Source of the DNA: the human T2T-CHM13v2.0 reference genome, Homo sapiens
Strand: one strand, 5' to 3'
DNA: 64,000 nucleotides
NCBI RefSeq assembly: GCF_009914755.1
Contig: NC_060930.1
In this document: positions 12,948 to 29,503 of the stretch, in pieces
How positions within the stretch are numbered: the stretch's first letter is position 1
How the letters are laid out: each line of letters starts with the position of its first letter
Notes under the pieces: generated by a model
What the model saw: only the letters and a program-made list of their open reading frames with translations
Databases searched by the model: none
Told to the model about the DNA's origin: nothing
Made by a program: the position numbers and the translations under genes

Positions 12948-13287
12948 CTGGAGAAAATCTCAAGCCATGCCCCTGGCTGAGAATTAGATATTTGAGACAT
13001 ATCTGGGAGACTTGGTGGAGGCAGGGAAGGAATGAAAATAAAGAAGAATAAAGAGAGGAAGAGAAACCAGTGCACGTGCAAACACACACACCCGAAAATG
13101 AAGTTAACTATAAAGGAAAGTAATGTGAAAAACCAGCCATGCCAGCCACAATGCCCTTCAGACCCTGAGCTCCTGAGCAGAGGTGAGTCCTGACTATGGC
13201 ATGGCAGCTGGCACATCAATCATTTTCCCCAGCTCTCCTAGAGGCACACAAGCACCCCAGGGATGCACGGTGGCTGGGTTCACTGGC

Positions 13288-13395
13288 CTTATGCATGGAA
13301 AGTGCAGGCTCATTAAGTTCTATAATGTTCCATAGGTCCAAGCAATTCTCCGGAGGCACAACATTCTTCCCACTTTGCAAGAGAATGCCAAACTC
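13288..13395 (-). pseudogene. Relic exon (108 nt, phase 0-0)
   Basis: cctgcttctcctcag|EFGILLQSGKNVVPPENCLDLWNIIELNEPALSMHK|gccagt (GC donor). Confidence 0.6.
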
Positions 13396-13659
13396 CTGAG
13401 GAGAAGCAGGAGGACTGCCAGCTCTGGAGTCAGATAAGGAACTGGCAGTACAGCAGAAGCCAGGAATTTTGTAGTCAGGGGCACCATCAGAGCTTTTATT
13501 AGGCACCCTCTGTGGACTTATTCAACACTTGGGGAAGGAAGTCTGTGCAAAGTCCTGGAGTTCCCAAGTGAGCTAGCTGGAGCTTGGAGGCAGCAAGATT
13601 CTGGTAATTATGTTAATGTAAATTTATTGTCCCCATAAGATGGTAAGGTTGAAGGATGT

Positions 13660-14130
13660 GTGTGATACCTTTTGTGCCCTGTATCAGATTCTCTTTGCCC
13701 CACCTTTCACTTATTCCAAAAACCACTGTAGCGACTGGTTTTGCACAGACTCCAATCAACCTCACATAAGTGTAACCCAAAGAACCATTCCTTAAACAAG
13801 CCTCTTGCCTCCCACTCCAGGGCTTCCCTGTTGAGTCTGGGGAGAGGGGTTTTTAACACACTTGGGGTGGAATTTTGACCAATGGGGTTAGGAACTGATT
13901 AATAAATGTTTCCATCTTCTCCCCCCTGCAACCTCCAAATGAAATGGAAAACCATTTCAATCAGTTTCTCAAGCAGACCCAGGGTGATCAAGTACCAGTG
14001 GCCCACAGGGTGATTGACTCTATATTACACATCTGCTTTGTGTCTCCCTCCTTCTCTAGTGCCTCCTGGAATAATTGCACTTATAAGTTTGGTTCAGACT
14101 CTGCTTTTTTAGGAACCCAGGCTGAGGCAG
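13660..14130 (+). mobile_element. ERVL LTR (LTR16/33 group)
   Basis: 3' end cagactctgcttttttaggaacccaggctgaggca. Confidence 0.5.
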
Positions 14131-14324
14131 GAATATTTAGGTCTCATGTGACTTAGAAGCAATAATACATTTGCTGTCAATATAGGACTTGTATATCTTT
14201 CAAGGCAAATAAATGGTATTATTTCCTATTTTATGTGATTTACTATATAGTATAATAATTTCATTATATGCCTCTAGCAAAGATATAATAATCCTCATCA
14301 TTTCCCTAGATTCCTAATCTTGCA

Positions 14325-14638
<314 letters not shown>

Positions 14639-14810
14639 GATAGTTAATTCTTTATTCTGTTTTCTGTTTCAGGTTTAAATACCAAACTCTAAAGATCATT
14701 CTGACACAGTTTGCAGGCAGAACTCAGGGAGAATATTTTATTAAGGGGAAGGAAATAAACACAGCTAATATTTTCAAAACAATCTATATGCCCAAACCCT
14801 AATTATTTAA

Positions 14811-15165
14811 ATTTTTTTTATTTTTATAGATTCAGGGTGTACATGTGCAGGTTCGTTACATGGATAGATTGAATAATGGTGAGGTTTGGGCTTCTAGTGT
14901 GCCCATCTCCCACATAGTGAATGCTGTACCCAATAGGTAATTTTTCAGCCCTCATCTGCCTCCCAAACTCCTCCTTCTTGGAGTCTCTAGTGTCTGTTAT
15001 TTCCCTTTGCATGTCCATGTGCACCCATTGCTTATCCCCCTCTTATAAGTGAGAAGATACAGTATTTGATTTCCTGTTTCTGAGTTATTTCACTTAGGAT
15101 AATGGCCTCCAGCTCCATCCATGTTGCTGCAAAAGACATGATTTCATTCTTATGGCTGCATAGTA

Positions 15166-15211
<46 letters not shown>

Positions 15212-16415
15212 ACATTTTCTTTATTCAATCATCCATTGATGGACATTTGGGTTGATTCCATGACTTTGCTATTGTGAATAATGCTGTGATAAATATACGA
15301 GTGAAAGTGTCTTTTTGATATCCAATTTCTTTTCCATTGGATAGATACCTAGTACTAGGATTGCTAGGTCAAATGGCAGTTCTATTTTTAATTATTTGAG
15401 AAATCTCCATGCTGTTTTCCATAAAGGTTGTATTAATTTACTTCCATCAACAGTAGATAAGCATTCCCTTTTCACTGCATCCTCGCCAACATCTGTTGTT
15501 TTTTGACTTTTTAATGATAGCCATCTGACTGGTATGAGATGCTATCTCATTGTGGTTTTAATTTGTATTTCTCTGATTAGTGATGTTGAGCATTTTTTCA
15601 TGTTTGTTAGCTGCTTGTACATCTTTTGAGAAATGTCTATTCACATCCTTTATCCACTTTTTAATGAAGTTATTTTTTTCTTGTTGAACTGCTTGCATTA
15701 CTTATAGATTATGAATATCAGTCCTTTGTTGGACATAGAGTTTGCAAACATCTTCTCCCATTCTGTAGGTTGTCTGTTTACTCTGTTGGTTGTTTCTTTT
15801 GCTGTGTAGAAGCTTTTTGGTTTAATTAAGCCCTATTTGTCATTTTTGTTTTTGTTGTATTTGCTTTTGAGGTCTTAATCATAAATTCTTTGCCTAGACC
15901 CATGTCAAGAAAAGTTGTGCCTAGGTTTTCTTCTAGAATTTTTATAGTTTCAGGTCTTATATTTAAGCCTTTAATCCATCTTGAGTTAATTTTTGCGTAT
16001 GTTAAGAGACAGGGGTCCAGTTTCATTCTTCTGCATATGGCTATCCAATTCTCCCAGCACCATTATTGAATAGGGAGTCCTTTCCCCATTATATATTTTT
16101 GCTGACTTTGTTGAAGTTCAGTTAGTTTTAAGTATGTAGCTTTATTTCTCGGTTCTTTATTCTGTTCTATTGATCTATATGTCTATTTTTGTACGTACCA
16201 TGTTGTTTTTGTTACTATAGCCTTGTAGTATAATTTGAAGTCAAGTGATGTGATGCCTCCAGCCTTGTTCTTTTGGCTTAGGATTGCTTTAGCTATTTGG
16301 GCTCTTTTTTTGGTTCTATATGAATTTTAGAATTGTTTTCTCTAACTCTTTGGAAAAAGACATCAGCAATTTGATAGGAATTCCATTGAATCTGTAGATT
16401 GCTTTGAGCAGTATG
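14811..16415 (-). mobile_element. 5'-truncated L1 (L1PB4/L1PA17-like) containing (TA)n at ~15169-15207
   Basis: L1 3'UTR plus ORF2 C-terminus (ORF 15826-16026 [18 protein letters not shown]); probable TSD aaaccctaatt/aaacactaatt. Confidence 0.9.
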
Positions 16416-16655
16416 TAAAACACTAATTCTTAATTTCAAAACACAAATTATTGGAGAATGAAGGGTTGAGGATAAGAAGAAATCCCTATTTTGGACACTT
16501 TTACTCTTCTGTCAAAAACATGTCAGCATGGTTTAACTTTTCTACCTATGGTAGCTATTTTAATTTATTGAACGTAAAAGTAAAATTGCCTTCCCTCTTT
16601 ATTGTGCATGGAGCATTTCACAATAAATGCATTCACATGAATGCCTCAAACATAC

Positions 16656-16937
16656 CCTAATGACAGTGGGCATCTTATATCATCAAGCTTTACCCTTCTC
16701 TGCCAGCCCAAGACCTCTCCAGGTATGAATCATTTTAAATTCCAGGAAATGAAGCTTCTTCTTCAAAGACAAGGCCTTTAAAAGCTATTAAGAATAATTC
16801 TCAGGATTTTTGACATCATGAGAGCAGACTCTTAACCTTTGTAGCTCTGGGGATCGTTTCCCTGAGGATAGTGGAGGCTGACCATCTAGTCCTTTGGCCT
16901 TGAACCACTGTGTTTTGATGACTTCACTATGATCATC
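16656..16937 (-). pseudogene. Relic exon (282 nt, phase 0-0)
   Basis: taatag|DDHSEVIKTQWFKAKGLDGQPPLSSGKRSPELQRLRVCSHDVKNPENYS**LLKALSLKKKLHFLEFKMIHTWRGLGLAEKGKA**YKMPTVIR|gtatgt. Confidence 0.7.
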
Positions 16938-17024
16938 CTATTATACAAGTACCACTTTGATATTATTTCAACATAATAATCAACAAATTTACTGAGCAAA
17001 TGATTTTGTTTAATCCAAGTTACA

Positions 17025-17830
<806 letters not shown>

Positions 17831-18049
17831 CATTGTCATCAAAGGAATATGCAATAATATATTTCTCAGCCTTCAAGTGCGACTATATTCTGGCTAATAA
17901 AATACAAGCATTATCAACATGTCAATTTTTCCTAAGTTCATTTATAAATATGATTCCCATAAAATTCTATCCATTTGGTTTTTTTCCTGGAGCTAGACAA
18001 GTTGATTATAAAATTGCTTGTTCTTCTAGAATAGGTCATTAAAGAAGCC

Positions 18050-18331
18050 TTTATCCCCTTCCTCCTTCCTGCTGTTAGAAAATGAGATGTCTGGCACTCC
18101 AGCAGCCATCTTGGGTCATGAGAGGCCTTGCGGATGAATGCCACATGCTAGGATAGTGGACCAGAAAGATAGAAAGAGCTTAAGCCACTGATGATGTCAG
18201 AACCACTGTACCAGCCTTGAATGCCTACCTTCAGCCTTCTTTTACCAGAGGGGGTGAAAAAGACTCTTTAAAAACACATCAAGCTACTCTTTTTTTATTA
18301 ACTGAGGCTGAACCTAGTCCTATGTGATACA
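18050..18331 (+). mobile_element. MLT1J-like LTR fragment
   Basis: gcagccatcttggg...tcctatgtgataca. Confidence 0.65.
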
Positions 18332-18438
18332 GCATATACTATTGGTCAAATAACCAGATGGTATCATCTATGATTCAAAAATGAGAGCATCATTTCTAAT
18401 GTCTGTAAATAACTTCGAAATGCATCCAAACAATAATA

Positions 18439-18730
18439 GGCTGGGCATGGTGGCTCAAGCCTGTAATCCCAGCACTTTGGAAGGCCAAGGGAGGAGAACT
18501 GCTTGAGCCCAGGAGTTCAAGACAAGCCTTGACATCATAGTGAGAACCCATATCTTCAAAACTAAATGTAAAAATTAGCTGGGCATTGGTGACATGCACC
18601 TGTGGTCCCAGCTACTCAGGAAGCTGAGGTGGAAGGATTGCTTGAACCCAAGATGTTGAGGCTTCAGTGAGCCGTGATTGCGCCACTGCACTCCAACCTG
18701 GGTGGCACAGTGAGACTGACTCAAAAAAGA
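18439..18730 (+). mobile_element. AluJ
   Basis: Alu body. Confidence 0.9.
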
Positions 18731-19312
18731 AAAGGGAAGGGAAGAGAAGGGAGGGGCCCAATCAATAATAATAATATAATAGATATAGATTGATAAATGG
18801 ATAGAGGTAAATAGATATGTTATAAAGTAAATATAGCAAAACACTAATCGTAGGATATAGACGGTAGGTGCATGGGTATTGACTACATAATTTCTTCAAC
18901 TTTTCATAATAAAAGGCTGAAAATCCCATTGACAAGCCATCGGTACTATTTATTAAGTTTTCTAAAAATATCCCTAGTAATAAGGAATTTTGAAGCTTCT
19001 TTTCTCTCACAAAAAAAGAGCCATTTCTCTTCCTGTTCTATAAACACTATTGTGAGCTTCAAGTCTTGAAAATTAGAACTGGAAGTACTGCCAATGGGAC
19101 AAACTGGGTGCAAGTAAAAATGTTAAAGGCTGTATAAACAGAAATCCATCTGGAAAGATGTTTTCTTCATCAGCACAGTAAAAGCTAGAATAGAATTTCC
19201 TGATATAGATGTACCGATTGACTCTGCAAATCCCACTGGGTATGAGAGAGGCATCTTACTCTTTAATTTAAAAGTAACTTTCACCAGAAAATGAGGCTAG
19301 GAATATTCAAAC

Positions 19313-19502
19313 CTCAACTAAACTGAGCTCAGCACTAAGAATATCATTTTCTTTCTCTTTTGAGATTCGCTTCTCACTTTTTGTCAATACAAGGACACTT
19401 CTAAGGAGATATCCATTCAGTTTGGTCTCATGATCCACTTGAAGCATTTCTACTGAGAAAGTAACAACTGTGGTGTTGGATCTTTTCCCATAGGTTTGTA
19501 TT
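19313..19502 (-). pseudogene. Relic exon (190 nt, phase 2-0, no stops)
   Basis: Poly-T gcttag|IQTYGKRSNTTVVTFSVEMLQVDHETKLNGYLLRSVLVLTKSEKRISKEKENDILSAELSLVE|gtttga. Confidence 0.75.
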
Positions 19503-19895
19503 CTAAGCAAAAAAAAAAAAAACAAAAAAAAAATTGGAAAGGACCAATGAATAATTACTGGCAAGAATGCTAAAGTTGCAGAAGCCTTGGCTGCAAACTG
19601 CCAATATAGAAGAAAAAGTATTTTCCTATTCTTAGAGATGCAGTAAGAATGTGAATTAGGGCTCCCTAAAACAATGCCAAAACTGATTTGGACTATCGTA
19701 TTTACCAAAAGAACCTATCAGTTGGTACTAAAATGCCTTCAGAAAATGGTGCAAATTTAATTCTTGAGAATTCAACTCTGATGTCATCCAATAGTGTTCA
19801 TTTATTATGTTTAATGAAGGGCTGCAGGAGCACACAGTAAGCTAAATGAGAACATAGATTCACATTATCACCCTGTGGCATCACTTGCTTATAAC

Positions 19896-19969
19896 CTGCT
19901 GAGAGGTTCTTCTTCTGGATCAACATTTTCCAAATTTAATCTCATCTCAGAAAGAATGCTCTTACAAAG
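19896..19969 (-). pseudogene. Relic exon (74 nt, phase 0-2, no stops)
   Basis: tttcctttag|LCKSILSEMRLNLENVDPEEEPLS-AG|gttata; joins next exon in frame. Confidence 0.7.
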
Positions 19970-20139
19970 CTAAAGGAAACATCCTCAGCTGCATTTAAAT
20001 TATTTAAATATGTTTTAAAAGAATGAAAAAATACAATTAACATATGTATTTAATTTGGTGGAATATCACCCACTGTATATAGAGTTCTATAACATAGCCT
20101 TCTGGGAGAGAAATAAGGAATGAAGACCAGACATTATAT

Positions 20140-20335
20140 ATATTATTGGTATAAGGCAAAATGTCAAACACTTTGCTTGTATCATCACCCTCACTAAACT
20201 CTACAAGACAGAAATTGTTATTATCACCATTTTATAGATGAAGAAACAAAGACTTAGCAATGTTTGCCCAAGGGGTCACCCTGCTAGTAAATGGTGGGGC
20301 CAACATTAGGACCCAAAGTCTGTCTGATGGCAGAT
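20140..20335 (-). mobile_element. MIR
   Basis: ccattttatagatgaagaaacaaagac core. Confidence 0.75.
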
Positions 20336-20600
20336 CTTTTTTTTTTTTCAAGACACGGTCTCACTAGGTCACCAAGGCTGGAGTGCAGTGGTGCAATCAT
20401 AGCTGACTGAAGCCTTGAACTCCTGGGCTCAATCGATTCTCCCGCCTCAGCCTCCTGAGTAACTGGGACTATAGGTACATGCCACCATGCCTGGCTAATT
20501 TTGTTTTTTTTTGTAAAAACGAGGTATTACTACTTTGCCCAGGCTGTTCTCCAACTCCTGGGCTCAAGTGATCCTCCCACCTCTGCCTTCTGAGTAGCTG
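20336..20600 (-). mobile_element. AluJ (5' end altered)
   Basis: Alu body. Confidence 0.85.
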
Positions 20601-21125
20601 AAGATCCTGATCTTTTAAACACCACTGATACTGCTATGATCTTTGAAAGCCAAGTACCACACAGAACACTCAGCAATGAGACAGCCAGAGAAAGAGAGAA
20701 AGAGGAAGAATAAAAGGAAGGAAGGGAGGAGAGAAAGATTGGTCTAATATACAAGTTGGGGATATTTTAGAAGTATTTCGAGGTTATAGATATAAAGTAC
20801 TTAACATCAAATCTGGATGATTTATCTGTGTCTTACTTTTTTCATCCTTCATTTCTTCAGTGTTTTATTTCTTCCAGTAAATTAAAAAAGAGGGACAGTA
20901 CTTATATCTTAATCAATTGTAAAATTGATTCATTGTAAGCACTCTTCTTCCCCCCATGCTTTCTGCATCTCTTTTTCCCAAATAATTATTGAACACCTGC
21001 TGTGTGCCAGACCCTGTCATTTATATTCTTCCTCTACCGTAGAATAAGTCCACTCAATTCACTTTTAACAATTAAGAGGAAAAATATTTTAACTTATTGA
21101 CATAGAATAAGACAATGAGGCACTA

Positions 21126-21470
<345 letters not shown>

Positions 21471-22167
21471 GTACATACATAAAATAATAAAAAGAATTCT
21501 AACCTTAAGGCATCAGATGAAGCCTCATGTTAATGAAATAGACTAGACATCCAGCTTGAGTGACAACTCCACTTTCCCAGATCTTCACCATGAGAGGTGT
21601 GCAACCAGCACCACCACCACTACCACTACCAAAGAAGTTGATGGAAGTTGATGCCACTTGAGAAGGGCTTTTTATAGGGAAGAGAGCAGAAAAGAATGTG
21701 GGCAGCAACTACCATCCCAGTGAAGGTCAATCAGGAAAATGGAGAATACCCCATTTTCACTTTGTTTATGGCGTGCTGGCTCAGTGAGTTATCAGAAGAG
21801 CCAAAACTCTATCGTGGTCACCACAGTATCCATAGCATTTGGCATTCTACCTGCACTGTAGTAGCTACTTAATAAAAATTTGGTTGAATAGATAAATGAA
21901 TTAATGACTAAGCCAGAAAATGACAAAGAGGCAGTGACCATATATTGTCTCTGCTACATGATGCAAAAGGAATAGCCATTTACCCAGAAAATGTTTAAGC
22001 ATCTATATCCAAATTTTGTGCATTCAGAAATCTCTGACATCCTCACGGTTCTAGTATGAATCTCCATCTCATAGTAACCTCAACAGAAACCACAGTGCTC
22101 TATCAATCTAATAGAAGACGCAATCATAGAAAAGAGACCTAGACAGGCAGCATAGGGAATTACTCAC

Positions 22168-22311
22168 TTCCTTACTCTTAAACCTGTTTGGTTTCATGGA
22201 AATGCAGTCACCCTCAAGATTTGTCACACCCATAGTGAAATCTTCCTCTTAGAAAGAACACCTTGTTGGTTTCAGTCCAATGACCCACAGACCACTTGCC
22301 TTCCAAGCATC
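22168..22311 (-). pseudogene. Relic exon (144 nt)
   Basis: gattcag|DAWKASGLWVIGLKPTRCSF*EEDFTMGVTNLEGDCISMKPNRFKSKE|gtgagt. Confidence 0.7.
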
Positions 22312-22825
22312 CTGAATCATGAAATGATGGTGAAATGTGGGGAAATCTTGTTTAGTTCAAGTCATAAGACCCCAAAACCCTAACCAACAGTCACTGATAT
22401 TTCTTCTCAACTATAATGGAAAAGGCAAATATTCAGGTCAATTCTCCTCATTGAGTCACCTGTTTCTCTTTCCACTTCACCTCAAGAGAGTTTTGTGTAA
22501 TAGAGTTATGGTAGTTCAGTATAAAAAATAAATAGAACATGTCAAAATGACAATATATCTTGGGCATCATTTTCATTCAAGCCTTTTGCATTCCCCAACA
22601 TTTATTTGCTCCCTGTCCTAACAACAACCCTCAGAAGGCATTGAGAGCAACTGCCCTGGTGCCTTTCTGTCCACAAGTGGAGAGAAGCCAAGACATGGTC
22701 CACAGGGGTGCAAAGCCCAGTGTGAGCCAGGGAGAGCATCTGGAAGCCACAGAGTAGAGGCACCTGGCGTGGAATTTGGGGGCTCTGAGAAAAGCAACTG
22801 CACAGGCAGAGCTAACGTGGGTTAC

Positions 22826-23156
22826 CATCGCCCCTCAGTATCACAGGGGGACTGCTTCCAGAACCTCCTTGGATACCAAAATTCAGAACCTCCTTGGATA
22901 CCAAGTCCCTGAGAGAAAATGGTTCAGTGTTTGCCTGTAACCTACACACTGCTGCTGTATGCTTTAAATCATCTCTAGATTATGTGTTAAGCCTAATACT
23001 GTGTAAATGCTATGTAAATAGTTGTTCTATTGTATTGTTTTTATTTGTATGATTTTTATTGTTGTATTTTTATTTTTTATGATTTTTCCAAATATGTTCT
23101 ACCCACTGTTGGTTAAACCTGTTGATGCAAAGCCCACGGATATGGAGGATCAACTG
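22826..23156 (+). mobile_element. MER2 (Tigger family)
   Basis: gctttaaatcatctctagatta...ggatatggaggatcaactg. Confidence 0.8.
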
Positions 23157-23232
23157 TATAAAGAATTTGGGTCTTGATGTGGTGACAATAGAATATAATA
23201 GCAGCAAATAATAATATGAAGAAACCAGTATA

Positions 23233-23967
23233 TGGTAGTCCCCTCTTATCCATGGGGGATATATTCCAAGATCACCAGTGGATGCCTGAAACCTCAGATA
23301 GTACCAAACCCTGTGTATTTTATATATTTTTTTCCTATACATACATACATATCTATAATAAAATTTAATTTAAAAATTAGGCACACTAAGAGGTTAACAA
23401 CAATAGTTAATCATGAAATAGAACAAGTTTAATAATATACTGTAATAGAAGTTAGATGAGTGTGGTCTCTCTTTCTCTCTCTCTCTTACTCTCTCTCAAA
23501 GCATCTTATTGTACTGTACTTACCTGCCTTCTTTTTATGATGACGTGAGATGATAAAATGCCTACATGATGAGATGAAGTGAGGTGAATGAAGGAGGCAC
23601 AGTGGCATAGCATTAGGCAACGACTGACCTTCACACAGTACATCAAAGGGAGGCTCATCTGCTTCGGGTGATCCTGGAGCATCAAGCCATGATGATGTTA
23701 ATGGTTGGATGTCAGGAGCAGATGATGCCAGTGACTAATGGGCAGGAAGTGTATATAGCGTGGATACACTGGAAAAGGGGGTGCACATCCCAAGTGGGAT
23801 GGGGAAGGTTGACAAGAAATTTCATCACATTCCTCAGAACAGCACACATTGTAAAATTTAGGAATTGTTTATTTCCAGAATTGTCCATTTAATATGTTCA
23901 GACTGTGGTTGACTGCCAGTAACCGAAACCATGGAAAATGAAACCACCAATAAGAGGGGACTACTGT
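23233..23967 (+). mobile_element. MER44C-like (Tigger7 family)
   Basis: gtagtcccctcttatcc...taagagggggactactg terminal inverted repeats. Confidence 0.85.
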
Positions 23968-24176
23968 AGATGAATAGGAGAGAGAGAGGGAGCAAAGAGT
24001 CAAACTAAATAAACCGTCAGGGAATCCAAACTTAGCTGACCAGGGCCTTAGCTAGAGCTGTAGCCACAGAAAAGTCAAGGAAGGGCCAGATAGAAGACTT
24101 ACTAGACTGTGTCCTCAGAGCCTCACATGCTCCTGGAACCACAATTCACAACACATTTCTGTTGAAAATGGAATAA

Positions 24177-24755
<579 letters not shown>

Positions 24756-25397
24756 TCATCAGTATGGAGGCACAGCCCCAGACCAAACCAGGACTGGAGG
24801 TGGAATGTGGAGGTGGAAGCTAATGGCAGGCATGTAAATGCAATTAGCAGAAGAGAAAAGCTGAGGACAGGGAGCAAAGCCTGAGGTGCAGTAGGAAAGG
24901 CAACTAGTAAAGGGGACTGAGAAGAAAAAGTAAAAGAAAAGGGAGAGAGAAGACCAACCAAGAAAATGCAGTTTCATGACTTTGGTGGAGAAAGTTTCAA
25001 GGAAATGATTGGTATGAGAAGGACTCAGGCCTGAGATTCAGGGAAGCCAGACCTGACCATGGGTTCTGCCACAAGCTAGGCTTGTGAGCTGGAGCAAGTG
25101 TCTGAACGTCTTTGGCCACCATGTCATAATCTGAAAGTGGCCTCCGAAGTCTATCTCTAGCTCTCAGAATCCTTGAGATTCTAAGGGCTAAAGATTTTGG
25201 AGATCAAGAAAGACAGGAGAGGGAAAAGAGTGTGATAACTACAGTAATCTCAAAGAGAAAATGCCACCATCAAGAGCAGAAACTAGCAGGCAAGGATTGA
25301 GAAGAAAAGGGTAGATAGGTCTTCAATACTTTACAAATAAACACAAGTGCCCAAAAAAGCAGCAAGATCAAAAGGAGGTGATCTTTTTAATCTTTAA

Positions 25398-25776
<379 letters not shown>

Positions 25777-26582
25777 AAAGTGTACAATGTTTAATGATCA
25801 AATCTAGTTTAATGATCAAATCTAGTTTAATGATCAAACCCATCACCTCAAACATTTATCAGTTCTTGGTGTATCATTCCAAATTTTCTCTCCTAGCTCT
25901 TTTGAAATATACAATAAGTTATTGTTAACTATAGTTGTCCTATTGTGCTGCTGAACACTGGATATTATTCCTACTATTTAACTGTATTTTTGTATCCATG
26001 AGCTAATCCCTTTATTCTCCCATCCCCAGTACACTTTCCAGCCTCTGGTAACTATCACTCTACTCTCTACTTCCATGAGATCAATTTTTTTAACTCCCAC
26101 ATATGAGTGAGAACATACATTTGTCTTTCTCCGCCTGGCTTATTTCACTTAACATAATGTCCTCCAGTTCCATCCATGTTGTTACAAATGACAGTATTTC
26201 ATTCTTTTTATGACTGAATAATATGCCATTGTGTAAATGTACTACATTTTCTTTAATCATTCATCTATTGATGGACACTTAGGTTGCTTCCATATCTTGG
26301 CTATTATGAATAGTGCTGCAATAAACATAGGAGTGCAGATCTCTCTTTGATATATCGACTTCCTTTTGTTTGGATATATACCCAGCAGTGAGATTGCTGG
26401 ATCATATGGTAGTTCTACTTTTAATTTTTTGAAGAACTCACATCCTGTTTTCCATAGTGGCTGTGCTAATTTATATCCCCACCAACAGTGTGCAAATGTT
26501 GCCCTTTCTCTGCGTCCTTGCCAGCATCCATTTGTTGCCATTGTTTTTTTGTTTTTTGTTTTGTTTTTTTTCTTTTTTTGTC

Positions 26583-26891
26583 CTTTTTTTTTTTTGAGAC
26601 AGAGTCTTGCTCTGTTGCCCAGGCTGGAGTGCAGTGGCTTGCATCTCAGCTCACTGCAAGCTCCACTTCCCAGGTTCATGCCATTCTCCTGCCTCAGTCT
26701 CCCGAGTAGCTGGGACTGCAGGCAACCGCCACCACGCCCGGCAAATTTTTTTTTTTTTTTTTTTTGTATTTTTAGTAGAGACGGGTTTTCACCATGTTAG
26801 CCAGGATGGTCTCCATCTCCTGACCTCATGATCCGCCTGCCTCGGCCTCCCAAAGTGCTAGGATTACAGGCGTGAGCCACTGCGCCTGGCC
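26583..26891 (-). mobile_element. AluY
   Basis: Alu body; TSD ttctttttttgtcctttt. Confidence 0.95.
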
Positions 26892-27015
26892 TTCTTTTTT
26901 TGTCCTTTTTATAAAAACCATTTTAGCTTGGGTGAGGAGGTTTTGTTTTGGTGAAGGGAGAGACTCGAGCTTGTTGAGGCTAAGGAGAGGAAGAAATTAA
27001 AGATTAAAATTAGAG

Positions 27016-27331
27016 GCTAGGCACTGTGGATCATGCCTGTAATCCCAACATTTTGGGAGGCTGAGACAAGAGGATCACTTGAGTCCAGGAGTTCAAGACT
27101 AGCCTTGGCAACATGGTGAAACCCCATCTCTACTAAAAGTATATATTTTTTAATTACCTGGGAGTAGCAGCACAAGCCTATAGTCCCAACTATTAGGAGG
27201 CTGAGGTGGGAGAATCACCTGGGCCTGGGAAGTCAAGGATTCAGTGAGCTGTGATTACACCACTTCACTCCAGCCTGGGCTACAGAGTGAGACCCTGTCT
27301 CAAAAGAAAAAAAAAATGAAAAAAAAAAGAA
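27016..27331 (+). mobile_element. AluJ
   Basis: Alu body. Confidence 0.9.
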
Positions 27332-27562
27332 AGGTGAAAATTAGAGACAATTTAGAGGAGTAAGAATGGGGTTCAAAGTATCAGTAGATGAAAATGAAAG
27401 AACATCTTTTTATCTGAGGTGCTAACAAGAGGATTATCAGAAAAGTCAAAAGAACTATACTATATAAAGTACTATGAAGGAAAAATGAAAGAATAGAGAC
27501 TATTCACCTAGAAAGGAGTCTCTTTACAGACTATGTTTAGTCTGAAGAAGAAGCAAGATTTT

Positions 27563-28110
27563 CTATTAGTTATCTATTGCAGCATTACAAATTATCCAAA
27601 ACTTAATTATTTGAAACAACAAATGTTTACTATTTCACACAATTGCTATGAGGCAGCTTAGCTCGCTAGTTCTGGCTCAAGATCTCTCATGAGATTGAGT
27701 CATAGTGCCAGCCTGGGCTGAAATCTCCTGAAGGTTTGACTGTGGCTGGAAAGTTCACTTCCAAGGTGGCTGCCTCACATGGCTATTGGCTGGTGGCCTC
27801 AGTTCCTTCTTACATGTATATTTTCTCATGCCATGGCAGCTGGCTTCCCACAGAGCAAGTAAGCCAAGATAGTAACCAAAATGGAAGCTGCAACATCTTC
27901 CATGACGCAGTCTCCGAAGTGACACACTATCACTTCCACCACAGTCTATTCATTAGAAAGGACTCACCAAATGACACACTGTCACTTCTGCCACAGTCTA
28001 TTCATTAGAAAGGACACACTGAGTCCAGCTCATTCTCAAGGGAAAGGGAACTAGACTCCACCTCTTGCAGGGAGAAGCATAACATAATTTGTGAATATAT
28101 TATAAAGCCA
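27563..28110 (-). mobile_element. MLT1 (G/H-like) LTR
   Basis: tattagttatctattgc...; internal 43-bp duplication at 27921/27972. Confidence 0.75.
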
Positions 28111-28401
28111 ATCCAATCTTCAAAGACAGTATGAATTAGGAGGATTGGCAGTAGGTGTGGAATATCCATTTTGGGGATATCCTGGGGGTCATTGAGACAA
28201 GATGAAAAGGTTCCCAGGAAAGGTTATCTATTGCCATAACAGCACCAACAACTAGTGACCTTTCTCAAAGAGCAAAAATGATGATATGGATTTATACCAG
28301 TCAGCCCAGAAGTTTACAAAGGGGAGAAAACTAATTTTGTCAGACACAGTTAAAGCTTAAAAAGAACCTGTTAAAGATAGTAAAAGAGAGAAGATTAATA
28401 C

Positions 28402-28595
28402 CACCACAGACCCAGCAGACATATCTGACCTCTTTGAAGGCAGCATGGAAACGCTGATGCATTCATGACATCTGGCAGATGGCTGTGCTCACTGTGGCTG
28501 TCACTGAACTCTAACTTGAATCTCCATGCAACTGGGTAGGAAAGTTGCTGTGCTATTAACCTGAGTGCTTTCAGCAACACTGAATTAATGATTCC
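28402..28595 (-). pseudogene. Relic exon (phase 0 start, no stops)
   Basis: ttgctttcag|GIINSVLLKALRLIAQQLSYPVAWRFKLEFSDSHSEHSHLPDVMNASAFPCCLQR...; donor at 28430 (gtcaga) or 28402 (gtatta). Confidence 0.6.
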
Positions 28596-29177
28596 CTGAA
28601 AGCAATTTAAAGCAAGAATCATATTGTTGGTGGTGGTAGTTTTCATTTTAGTACTCCAGTGGTAGCACAATGCCTGAGGGGGAAAATGCATAGAGATTAC
28701 AGAAATATCTATCTGATGGAAAGATGGATGCGTGGATAAATGGATACAAAAAAACTAGCCTAGCATATGTTATTCCCCTTTATGCACTTTGAATGCTTAG
28801 ATTTTAATAGGACAGAAGGTTTTGAACTCACTTCTTCTTAACCTTGGAAATACTGGTAGTTTGCAAAGGATCATATAGCATAAAATGTAGTAGCCAAATA
28901 TGCATTTCAAAAGAGGCGACCATTAGCAAATTTATTAATAAGAGTGCTATTATGCTGAATAATTAACAAAATAATTTGTTAGATTTTTAAGGTACATTTT
29001 AAAATCAAATTATGTGTTCATCTTTATGTTCTTCTGCCTGTCACTACTATTTAATAATGGGTTTAATAGATACACTTGAACCTAACACATTTTTTAAAAA
29101 AGAGTGATCCAGAATCAATTAATATACTTTCTTAATCTAATTAGTCATAATCAAGGCTTCACTGTAGCTGAAACCTA

Positions 29178-29503
<326 letters not shown>

